Source: a virus (Duplodnaviria; Heunggongvirae; Uroviricota; Caudoviricetes). From it: DNA of 12,426 bases. The stretch lies in the IMG/VR virus record IMGVR_UViG_2690316131_000019, one strand, 5' to 3'. The notes under the pieces were generated by a model that saw only the letters and a program-made list of their open reading frames with translations, searched no databases and was not told the origin of the DNA. Both the position numbers and the translations under genes were made by a program. Positions 1 through 6,485 of this stretch are shown here, in pieces; the stretch's first letter is position 1, and each line of letters opens with the position of its first letter.

Positions 1-1890
1 GTGTTTACGGGAAAAAAATCGGCCCAGATCCGCGAAATTTTAATCAGCGAGTCAGCTTGGGAAGAAATGACCTGCTTATTCGCACCTTCCTTAGGCCAGG
101 CAAGCTATTTCCCACGTATATATAAAGTTGGAAAAATAATCAGTGAACGCGATAAATTTCGACGTATTTTGGTTGACTGGTGGTCGAGAGGCAATAAAAC
201 ACTGGATCCTGAGGATGCTGAAATTGCAGCGGATATCGTAATTAATAAAATTACTGGTGCTAAGGTTCCACAGGATTTTGTCAGCGTATTTTCTGTAAAA
301 GCCGCAGGTAGTACGAAAGAAAGAACATTAAATGTGCCTGATAGTCTTATCAGGGATTATCTCGAAAGTGATGTGAATTACGTTCTACAACGTCATATCC
401 GTGAAGCGGCAGCAGAAATTGAGTTGACGAGAACATTTGGCAAACGAACTATGACAGAGCGTCTGCAATTAATTGAGGACGAATATGACAGTCTGTTACG
501 GGAAGTGCCTGAAAAAATAAAGGCGAAATATGACGAAAGTGTGGCAAATCTGAAAGCACGTTATGAGAGCAATGGTGAAGTTGTTCCTCAGGGTAAACTC
601 GATTCATTAATGCGAAAGTACGAAAAGGAATTACGGAAAGAACAGTCCAGACTTTCAAAATCAAGAGCAAATGATCTCAGAGACATAACAGCATTACGCG
701 ATCGTCTTGTTGGTACATATGGTATGCCTGATGACCCGTCTTCGTTTTTTGTTCGTGCTGGCGCTTTTCTGCGGGATGTGAACTTCACGACCAAACTCGG
801 TGGAATGACAGTATCAGCTATTCCAGATCTGGCCAGAGGGGTTATGGTTAATGGTTTCCGTAACTCCATGAAAGGCTATGCTTCTCAGATATCCCAATCA
901 CCGGCATTTAAGGCCAGCAAAGAAGAGATGTTGAAGATGGGGATTGGATTGGAAACTGTACTACATTCACGTTCTCGTGCAATTGGTGATCTTGTTGACA
1001 GTTCTTCTAGGACAACAGCAGTCGAAGCAGGAATGGAGCGAATTACTGATGCCTTCGGCAAGCTGACACTCATGGATCGATTTAATGACATAAACAAATC
1101 CATGAACGGAATGCTCACGTCAGACGGTATTTTGTCTGGTGCGTTTTCTGCACGTCGCATGGCAAAACTCGGTATCAACGACAATATGGCTGCGCGTATT
1201 CGCAGTGAGTTCGAGAAACATGGTGAGGTAATTGATGGATGGCACATTGGTAACTTTGATAAATGGGACGATCAGTACGTTGCCGGAGTATTCCAGTCAG
1301 CGGTTCTGAAAGACGTTAATAACACTATCATCACCCCCGGTATTGGTGACACACCTTTATGGGCGAGTACTCCAATGGGGCGAACGATATTTCAGTTTAA
1401 ATCATTCACAACGGCTTCATACAACCGTGCGCTACTTGGTGGGTTACAGGAAGGAACTGCGCAATTTTATTATGGCACTGCATTTCAGATTGCTCTTGGC
1501 TCACTGGTCTATGCGCTTAAAGAAGCATCGAAAGGGAAAAATGTTGACTGGTCACCAGAGAAGCTGGTGCTTGAGGGTATAGATAGATCCGGTATTCTTG
1601 GGCCATTGATGGAATATAACAATATGGCTGAAAAGGCTACTGGTGGTGCTGTTGGGCTGGGGGCTTTATTTGGCACTGGCACACAGTCTAGGTATGCCAG
1701 TCGTGGATTCGTAGGATCTCTATTCGGACCGTCATTTGGTCTTGCGGATAGCATCATTGATGTGACCGCAGGAGTGTTGAATGGTGATGCCGGTGATCGT
1801 ATTGTGCATAATGTCCGAACCCTGATACCCGGCAATAACCTGTTCTGGATTGCGCCACTAATAAACCAGGTGGATCCGGTGATGCGGTGA
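1..1890 (+). CDS. Phage virion DNA-ejection / internal (DNA transfer) protein, probably 5'-truncated by the window edge
   Basis: Uninterrupted 629-codon frame running from base 1 to TGA at 1888-1890. Gly-rich hydrophobic C-terminal stretch (GGAVGLGALFGTGTQSRYASRGFVGSLFGPSFGLADSII) is typical of membrane-active ejection proteins. Sits immediately upstream of an immI-like region and the tailspike, as P22 gene 16/20 does. Product assignment rests on position and composition, not a recognised motif. Confidence 0.45.
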   Translation: MFTGKKSAQIREILISESAWEEMTCLFAPSLGQASYFPRIYKVGKIISERDKFRRILVDWWSRGNKTLDPEDAEIAADIVINKITGAKVPQDFVSVFSVKAAGSTKERTLNVPDSLIRDYLESDVNYVLQRHIREAAAEIELTRTFGKRTMTERLQLIEDEYDSLLREVPEKIKAKYDESVANLKARYESNGEVVPQGKLDSLMRKYEKELRKEQSRLSKSRANDLRDITALRDRLVGTYGMPDDPSSFFVRAGAFLRDVNFTTKLGGMTVSAIPDLARGVMVNGFRNSMKGYASQISQSPAFKASKEEMLKMGIGLETVLHSRSRAIGDLVDSSSRTTAVEAGMERITDAFGKLTLMDRFNDINKSMNGMLTSDGILSGAFSARRMAKLGINDNMAARIRSEFEKHGEVIDGWHIGNFDKWDDQYVAGVFQSAVLKDVNNTIITPGIGDTPLWASTPMGRTIFQFKSFTTASYNRALLGGLQEGTAQFYYGTAFQIALGSLVYALKEASKGKNVDWSPEKLVLEGIDRSGILGPLMEYNNMAEKATGGAVGLGALFGTGTQSRYASRGFVGSLFGPSFGLADSIIDVTAGVLNGDAGDRIVHNVRTLIPGNNLFWIAPLINQVDPVMR

Positions 1891-1901
1891 GTTAAACACC
1901 T

Positions 1902-2519
1902 TTAGCATGATTCAGGGGAAACCCCAATATTAAATATGAGTGTCTCCCCTGAATCAGCATAATAATGTAATATTATTGACTTACGTTGTTTTCTTGCTTC
2001 GTAGAATAAACGCTCTTGCGGCGATAATTTGTGAAAACTGCCGGATGCACAATATATGTTTTTTAACTTTTCGCGGGTTTCTTTTATTGTATCTTCTGAT
2101 ATGTATTTTAGGTATTTATCCGTATAGATGTTGCTACTATAAGAAATTAATGTTTTGCTGTTGTTGTGATGTATTGTATTTTTATCGTTGAAGTCTGTAT
2201 TTTTATTTACTGTCATTAGGTTTTTAATGATTACATGTAATACAATAGTCTCCCCATCATCAATTCCATATTTGATGTCATAGTCAGTATATTTATTTGT
2301 TATACCGTTTCCTGATAGCGGCACTATGTACTCTGAGAAAAATGAGTTTGCCGCGTGACTATCAAGAGCAATAGCAGTTTGTTTGTGGTAAAAATAAAAC
2401 AATATTGAGAGAGTCAAAATAATAGCGACGCCTAATGCAACCTTTAATATAGATATGGTTTTCAAAATATCGCTCCTTGTTGTAACATACATCAGTAATG
2501 TGGCGTTTTTCAATTGCAT
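1902..2519 (-). CDS. AT-rich membrane-anchored protein of unknown function, possible superinfection-exclusion-type moron
   Basis: 205-codon ORF at about 30% GC, much lower than flanking late genes. Strongly hydrophobic N-terminal segment (ILKTISILKVALGVAIILTLSILFYFY) followed by a polar Asn/Lys/Tyr-rich domain. Lies between the ejection gene and the mnt-like gene, where P22 carries sieA. No convincing Shine-Dalgarno at either candidate start (2519 or 2492), so the start is uncertain. Confidence 0.4.
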   Translation of the reverse strand: MQLKNATLLMYVTTRSDILKTISILKVALGVAIILTLSILFYFYHKQTAIALDSHAANSFFSEYIVPLSGNGITNKYTDYDIKYGIDDGETIVLHVIIKNLMTVNKNTDFNDKNTIHHNNSKTLISYSSNIYTDKYLKYISEDTIKETREKLKNIYCASGSFHKLSPQERLFYEARKQRKSIILHYYADSGETLIFNIGVSPESC

Positions 2520-2555
2520 TAAAGACGTGTAATATGTACACGCCTTTTGTTCTTC

Positions 2556-2987
2556 CTATTCAGGTATTTCAATTCCAAAACCATCTGCATCCCATGAGTT
2601 TTCACAGATGATGTAACCTAGTTCATTGAGCTTATTAAATGTTTTTTCAAAGATGATCTGGTAATCATTATCTGCAAGTGATTCCAGTTCAAGGTCATTA
2701 AGGTTTATATAAAAACTTGTATGTCCAAGTGTTATTTTCTTATTAATTTCATTAAAGGTTCTTTTGAAAATAATATTTGATATTTCATGTCGTGCATTGT
2801 TTGCAATGATTTTTGCTTCATAAGCAGAAATTACGTCATCTTCATGAATATCTTTCAGAAAGCTGGTGTCAAGACGTTGTACTATTTCAGCGTTCATTGA
2901 TCGCTTATTGGCTTTTGCAGAAATTTCTATTTTTTCTTTTACTTCGACGGGAAGTCTGATCCTTAGTTGTGGATCTTCTCTGCTCAT
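2556..2987 (-). CDS. mnt: Mnt-like ribbon-helix-helix repressor with an extended C-terminal domain
   Basis: N-terminal segment MSREDPQLRIRLPVEVKEKIEISAKANKRSMNAEIVQRL matches the Arc/Mnt RHH signature (recalled P22 Mnt: DDPHFNFRMPMEVREKLKFRAEANGRSMNSELLQIV). Preferred start is the ATG at 2987, preceded by GGTGAAG; the ORF track extends to 3017. Product is 143 aa, against about 82 aa for P22 Mnt. Confidence 0.65.
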   Translation of the reverse strand: MSREDPQLRIRLPVEVKEKIEISAKANKRSMNAEIVQRLDTSFLKDIHEDDVISAYEAKIIANNARHEISNIIFKRTFNEINKKITLGHTSFYINLNDLELESLADNDYQIIFEKTFNKLNELGYIICENSWDADGFGIEIPE

Positions 2988-3024
2988 GTTCTTCACCAAA
3001 TATTGAGTTACTTGCAATGATTGA

Positions 3025-3072
3025 AGTATGCCTCACCGTGTGCTTGACATCAATGACGCACGGTGTGACAAT
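3025..3072. promoter_or_regulatory. Divergent, overlapping sigma70 promoters (Pant-like on +, Pmnt-like on -) with CACGGTG/CACCGTG operator-like repeats
   Basis: Plus strand: TTGACA (3044-3049), 17-bp spacer, TGT-GACAAT extended -10 (3064-3072). Minus strand: TTGATG (rc of 3048-3053), 17 bp, CATACT (rc of 3025-3030). The 7-mer CACGGTG or its complement occurs at 3034-3040 (inverted), 3060-3066, 3083-3089 and 3288-3294. Confidence 0.45.
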
Positions 3073-3107
3073 TATTTTGCCCCACGGTGGGGCTAAGGAG
3101 ATATGAA

Positions 3108-3275
3108 ATGCAAAAAGCAAAAGAGATGTGTCAACGACGAGTTCGTTTTCCGGACGATGTGAAGTTAGCTATTGAAAGAAATGGCGAAAAAGAATGCCGA
3201 AAGTTCAATACAGAGATTATCTATCAGCTGAGGAAAGTGTATGGACTCACTGGTGAGAAGAATAGCGTGGCATAA
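3108..3275 (+). CDS. arc: Arc-like ribbon-helix-helix repressor
   Basis: 55-codon ORF with AGGAG (3096-3100) 7 nt before the ATG at 3108. Sequence QRRVRFPDDVKLAIERNGEKECRKFNTEIIYQLRKVYG has the Arc-type beta-strand/helix pattern (recalled P22 Arc: FNLRWPREVLDLVRKVAEENGRSVNSEIYQRV). Divergent from the mnt-like gene and directly upstream of the ant-like gene, as in P22 immI. Confidence 0.6.
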   Translation: MQKAKEMCQRRVRFPDDVKLAIERNGEKECRKFNTEIIYQLRKVYGLTGEKNSVA

Positions 3276-3347
3276 AACAGCGAAGCCCCACGGTGGCCAG
3301 ACCGTCAGGGCTTCAGTATCGTAAAACTACGTATAGGAATTAACGAC
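3272..3347 (-). ncRNA. sar: Candidate sar-like antisense RNA covering the ant ribosome-binding site
   Basis: Minus-strand promoter inside the 5' end of ant: TTGATA (rc of 3377-3382), 17-bp spacer, TATACT (rc of 3354-3359), predicting a start near 3347. Minus-strand terminator hairpin (stem 3282-3288 / 3308-3314) followed by GCUGUUUUAU in the arc-ant spacer. Predicted ~75-nt transcript is antisense to the ant SD (AGGAA 3335-3339); by recollection P22 sar is about 69 nt and similarly placed. Confidence 0.4.
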
Positions 3348-4286
3348 ATGACGAGTATAGCAACAGCAGTATCTACTATCAACGTGCCATTCCACGGCGC
3401 AGAGCTTTATGTTGTCAATCACAACGGCGAACCGTATACCCCAATGAAACCTATCGTTGAGGGAATGGGGCTAGACTGGAAATCTCAACATAAGAAGATT
3501 TCTCAACGCTTCTCGAAGGGTATGGTGGAAATCACCATACCTTCTGCCGGTGGGGGGCAAGCCATGATTTGTATGGCTTTACGAAAATTGGCAGCTTGGT
3601 TGAACAGCATCAGCCCTAACAAAGTCCGCCCTGAAATCCGCGACAAGGTAATCCAGTATCAGGAAGAGTGTGACGATGTGCTCTACGAGTACTGGACTAA
3701 AGGCCATGTGGTTAACCCACGCAAAGCTAAAAAGGCGTTGCCGGGTAAAATAACAACTGAACAGCAGGAAGCCATTAAACAACTCGTCATGAGTCGCGGT
3801 CAGTCTCTGCCAAAAGAAAAACAGGCTAAGGCGATGATCACCATGTGGTCGTCACTGAAATCTCATTTTGGCTGTTCGTACAAAGAAATTGGTGAAGATC
3901 AATTTGCCGAAGCGTTGTCTCTTGTTGCTCGGGTTCCGCTTGAAGGGGAGTATCTCCCTGCTGGATCTGCATCAGAGAATGATGAAGTGGCAGTCAAGAT
4001 GTTAGATGCGCTTCGTGAGGCAATTAAAACACAGACAAAATGTTATGGTTATCCATTGAAGCCAGGCTACCGCAGTCTGATTCATTCGCCGTCGGGTGTT
4101 CTCGGCCTGACGGAGAACTCACTGCTGATGAATCTGCTGAACCAGTTACAGGAAGACGGGCACGACGTATCGGGCGCGGCGGCGGAGCTGACCACCATGT
4201 TCTGCTACATCGTCGGTGTGAGCAAATGCCTGCGTGATATCCAGACGCACGCGGAGTACATCAACGACAAGGCTGGGTTCTTCTGA
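3348..4286 (+). CDS. ant: Phage antirepressor (P22 Ant-like: N-terminal Ant domain plus conserved C-terminal module)
   Basis: 312-codon ORF with AGGAA SD 8 nt upstream of the ATG. N-terminus (SIATAVSTINVPFHGAELYVVNHNGEPYTPMKPIVEGMGLDW) resembles P22 Ant-type antirepressor N-domains. Lies downstream of arc as in P22. The C-terminal ~78 aa are nearly identical to the C-terminus of the 5460..6170 product. Confidence 0.7.
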   Translation: MTSIATAVSTINVPFHGAELYVVNHNGEPYTPMKPIVEGMGLDWKSQHKKISQRFSKGMVEITIPSAGGGQAMICMALRKLAAWLNSISPNKVRPEIRDKVIQYQEECDDVLYEYWTKGHVVNPRKAKKALPGKITTEQQEAIKQLVMSRGQSLPKEKQAKAMITMWSSLKSHFGCSYKEIGEDQFAEALSLVARVPLEGEYLPAGSASENDEVAVKMLDALREAIKTQTKCYGYPLKPGYRSLIHSPSGVLGLTENSLLMNLLNQLQEDGHDVSGAAAELTTMFCYIVGVSKCLRDIQTHAEYINDKAGFF

Positions 4287-4304
4287 CGGGCGGCGGCACA
4301 GGGA
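4050..4304. repeat. Left arm of a ~255-bp inverted repeat (3' end of ant plus 18 bp past its stop)
   Basis: The reverse complement of 5444..5698 matches 4050..4304 with only a few mismatches by manual alignment, including the stop codon and the downstream TGACGGGCGGCGGCACAG. Confidence 0.85.
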
Positions 4305-4335
4305 CGTGCAAAACGAAACTAGCGTGACATGTCAC

Positions 4336-4360
4336 AGGCCGCTTTCGCGGCCTTGTTTTT
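4336..4360 (+). terminator. Rho-independent terminator downstream of ant
   Basis: Stem AGGCCGC (4336-4342), loop TTTC, stem GCGGCCT (4347-4353), then TGTTTTT. Immediately preceded by a perfect 12-bp palindrome GTGACATGTCAC (4324-4335). Confidence 0.6.
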
Positions 4361-4520
4361 AACGAATGCCACCGCCGCCTGGGCGGGAATCCGCAGAACG
4401 CCCACCGCAGCGTGAGCCGTCAGCAGCAGTGTCGCTGTCGTGCTGACAACGACCGGCAAAGGCCTGAGTTGAAGCTACCAGAGACAACAAAACGAACAGT
4501 GCAGCAAATGCTTTTTTCAT
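4359..4520 (-). CDS. Small predicted secreted peptide (53 aa precursor, about 31 aa mature, two Cys)
   Basis: ATG at 4520 gives MKKAFAALFVLLSLVASTQAFA-GRCQHDSDTAADGSRCGGRSADSRPGGGGIR, with a classical signal peptide and AXA cleavage site. SD is weak (GGAA) and the mature part is GC-rich and low-complexity, so coding status is uncertain. The ORF track's 88-aa version starts at 4625 with no SD. Confidence 0.3.
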   Translation of the reverse strand: MKKAFAALFVLLSLVASTQAFAGRCQHDSDTAADGSRCGGRSADSRPGGGGIR

Positions 4521-4612
4521 TGTGAAATTTCCATCTATAAGCCACCTCAATGTGGCGTCAATGAGTGTAGCACTGACTTTTGTTTCGTCCACAAAAAAGC
4601 CTGCGCTGCGGA

Positions 4613-5158
4613 CTATTCCTTCCATTTATCAGAAAAAAGATCTTCTTCTAAAGGCATTGGTTCTGTTTTTGTTTTCTCAAAGAATTGATAACTGATAGTG
4701 ATTGCTTCCTCTTTAAACTCTTCTTGCTCAGTTATGTTGTGAGCATCTGCGTCAACAAAAAACATAACCAGCGCATCACGATTGTGATTTACCGAATAAA
4801 CTAAAAAGCAATCACTTGTTGGTATGCATTTTACTTGTACAGACGCTATATTTTTCCATGCATCCCAAGATGATTTTTTACCAGTGTGTTTTTTATCACT
4901 ATCTTCTGGAATATAGTCTTGGTTATCGACATGAGTATGCCTGACATTTAGTTTAAGCATTTCTGTCGGACGAGCAAATGCAGCATCTTTACCAAGAGAT
5001 GGATGATATCCCGTTTTCCAATACTGGGCAAAGGCATCAGATACTTTCTTCAGCTCAAGATCAGATGCACAAAGGGCCGAGAAATTTTGCGTATGCAATA
5101 CTCGACCCTTATATCTGACAATTTGATTTTTATCATTCTGCGACGCAGACGAACTCAT
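4613..5158 (-). CDS. YafO-like toxin-domain protein (candidate ribosome-dependent mRNA interferase / abortive-infection effector)
   Basis: 181-codon ORF starting at the ATG at 5158 with AAGGAAA SD. The central region (GKDAAFARPTEMLKLNVRHTHV ... TSDCFLVYSVNHNRDALVMFFV) resembles the recalled conserved YafO blocks (GRDALYDDSF..FERVAHIHL ... DEAHLVYCQ..AWLLIAIL). AT-rich relative to the flanking repeats. Assignment is from memory, not a search. Confidence 0.4.
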   Translation of the reverse strand: MSSSASQNDKNQIVRYKGRVLHTQNFSALCASDLELKKVSDAFAQYWKTGYHPSLGKDAAFARPTEMLKLNVRHTHVDNQDYIPEDSDKKHTGKKSSWDAWKNIASVQVKCIPTSDCFLVYSVNHNRDALVMFFVDADAHNITEQEEFKEEAITISYQFFEKTKTEPMPLEEDLFSDKWKE

Positions 5159-5312
5159 AATTTTCCTTATTGTTACGAGAATCAAAGAAAGCGCGGGATA
5201 CGCGACTTGCGTGATCTTTTGTCATAGTAACTTTTACGTACTCTACGCTTCCATTGAAAGAACGTCTTGCGGCAGCTTGCGCTCTACGCATCTGCAATTT
5301 TTCGTTTCGCAT
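5133..5312 (-). CDS. Small basic ORF (59 aa) overlapping the start of the YafO-like gene; possible cognate partner or regulator
   Basis: ATG at 5312 is preceded by GAGGT with 6-nt spacing. Hand translation gives MRNEKLQMRRAQAAARRSFNGSVEYVKVTMTKDHASRVSRAFFDSRNNKENYEFVCVAE, ending 26 nt inside the downstream gene. It falls just below the 60-aa cutoff of the ORF track. No recognised family. Confidence 0.2.
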   Translation of the reverse strand: MRNEKLQMRRAQAAARRSFNGSVEYVKVTMTKDHASRVSRAFFDSRNNKENYEFVCVAE

Positions 5313-5443
5313 GACATTACCTCATATCTCATAAGTTCATTACACGGATTAATAAAAATGAAACCAATCCGTTTACCCTTGAGGTAATAGTACGCTATTC
5401 ACCCACAGTCTGCAATCTGTACAGAATTATTTAAAGGCACATC

Positions 5444-5698
5444 TCTGTGCCGCCGCCCGTCAGAAGAATCCTGCTTTGTCGTTGATGTACTCCGCGTGCG
5501 TCTGGATATCACGCAGGCATTTGCTCACACCGACGATGTAGCAGAACATGGTGGTCAGTTCCGCCGCCGCGCCCGATACGTCGTGCCCGTCGTCCTGTAA
5601 CTGGTTCAGCAGATTCATCAGCAGTGAGTTCTCCGTCAGGCCGAGAACACCAGACGGCGAGTGAATCAGGCTGCGGTAGCCGGGCTTCAGTGGGGCAC
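5444..5698. repeat. Right arm of the ~255-bp inverted repeat (3' end of the Bro-N antirepressor gene plus 16-18 bp past its stop)
   Basis: Reverse complement aligns with 4050..4304 at roughly 95% or better identity by eye. Confidence 0.85.
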
Positions 5699-6170
5699 TG
5701 TAGGTTTTGTTCTCTATCTTCATTGCCTGTATTACTGCTGACGCCGTGGCGTTGGCTACCTGGTCGGCAACCATCTTTATGCGTTCTTCCTGCGGGAGCG
5801 AGTTTTTAATGTAACTTCCGGTGCGGCGGATCTGAGGAAGAACCTCACCTGTAACCCATTTACGAAAGCGGTAGGGGATAGTGCCTGGTGTCACCGCATC
5901 GCGGCAGCGGAGGATCAGTGTGTAGAGGCCTGACTCGGAGATGATGTTGATCTCTTTTACTCGGCTGTCAAAAATTGCACGATGTTCATGCCCTATGTTG
6001 AACATAGACCTTTCATCATCATCCAGTTTTTCAAGTGATTGGGTGACGTTTTGGATACGCAGCGCACTACAAACGTCTTGGGCTACAAACCATGGTTGGC
6101 CATCGATAATGATGGAACGGATAGGGTTAACAGATTCAAATTTGAAGATGGCAGTTTGAGCATTAGCCAT
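5460..6170 (-). CDS. Antirepressor with Bro-N-type N-terminal domain and the shared Ant C-terminal module
   Basis: 236-codon ORF from the ATG at 6170, with GGAG 9 nt upstream; the ORF track extends to a GTG at 6185. N-terminus FKFESVNPIRSIIIDGQPWFVAQDVCSALRIQNVTQSLEKLDDDER is a typical Bro-N / phage antirepressor N-domain. The C-terminal 78 aa match the ant C-terminus. Confidence 0.7.
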   Translation of the reverse strand: MANAQTAIFKFESVNPIRSIIIDGQPWFVAQDVCSALRIQNVTQSLEKLDDDERSMFNIGHEHRAIFDSRVKEINIISESGLYTLILRCRDAVTPGTIPYRFRKWVTGEVLPQIRRTGSYIKNSLPQEERIKMVADQVANATASAVIQAMKIENKTYSAPLKPGYRSLIHSPSGVLGLTENSLLMNLLNQLQDDGHDVSGAAAELTTMFCYIVGVSKCLRDIQTHAEYINDKAGFF

Positions 6171-6321
6171 GGTGGTTATCTCCACTTAGTGATTTTAATC
6201 ACCACCGCAACGCCAATTACTGGTGGTGAACTGGACAAGGTTGGCGTACCGGCCTAAGTGGTACCGGCGTCCTTTCGGACCCCTGCCCAGCCCACCATAA
6301 TTCGGATATGGCTGTGCTTAA

Positions 6322-6354
6322 CGCATAAAAAAACCACGTCTGGCGTGGTATGCG
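6322..6354 (-). terminator. Rho-independent terminator for minus-strand transcription from the LexA-controlled gene
   Basis: On the minus strand: stem CCACG, loop CCAGA, stem CGTGG (6334-6348), followed by UUUUUUU (6327-6333). An outer CGCAT/ATGCG pairing (6322-6326 / 6350-6354) is also possible. Confidence 0.5.
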
Positions 6355-6485
6355 CCACTTAGTAACTCGGGACGCCAATCCCGGCACTGGATTTTGCCAG
6401 TACCCGATTACTATGGCACAAGAGGAGTGCGATGTAAATTTACCTCAAAGGTAAATATAAGCACTCCACTTGGTAATTGCAAACC

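Noticed and set aside
449-1835. Several minus- and plus-strand ORFs (449..670, 588..869, 885..1247, 1343..1582, 1509..1835) inside the ejection-protein gene
   Set aside because: All lie within, and out of frame with or antisense to, a long uninterrupted 629-codon frame. No SD or recognisable motif; they look like shadow ORFs.
1940-2191. Plus-strand 83-aa ORF with Cys-rich tail
   Set aside because: Antisense to the AT-rich membrane-protein gene. Its composition (poly-Cys, Leu/Phe runs) is what AT-rich antisense frames typically produce.
2905-3120. Minus-strand 71-aa ORF spanning the mnt/arc promoter region
   Set aside because: It runs through both divergent promoters and the arc start; it overlaps the better-supported mnt-like frame and has no SD.
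5410-5428. CTGCAATCTGTACAG as a second LexA box upstream of the YafO-like cassette
   Set aside because: The spacing is CTG-N9-CAG rather than CTGT-N8-ACAG and the flanks do not fit; probably a chance partial match.
6186-6485. Possible tRNA or tmRNA-like gene in the GC-rich structured spacer
   Set aside because: No T-loop (GTTCRANYC) or acceptor-stem/CCA pattern could be found by eye; the structure is better explained by terminator and operator-like palindromes.
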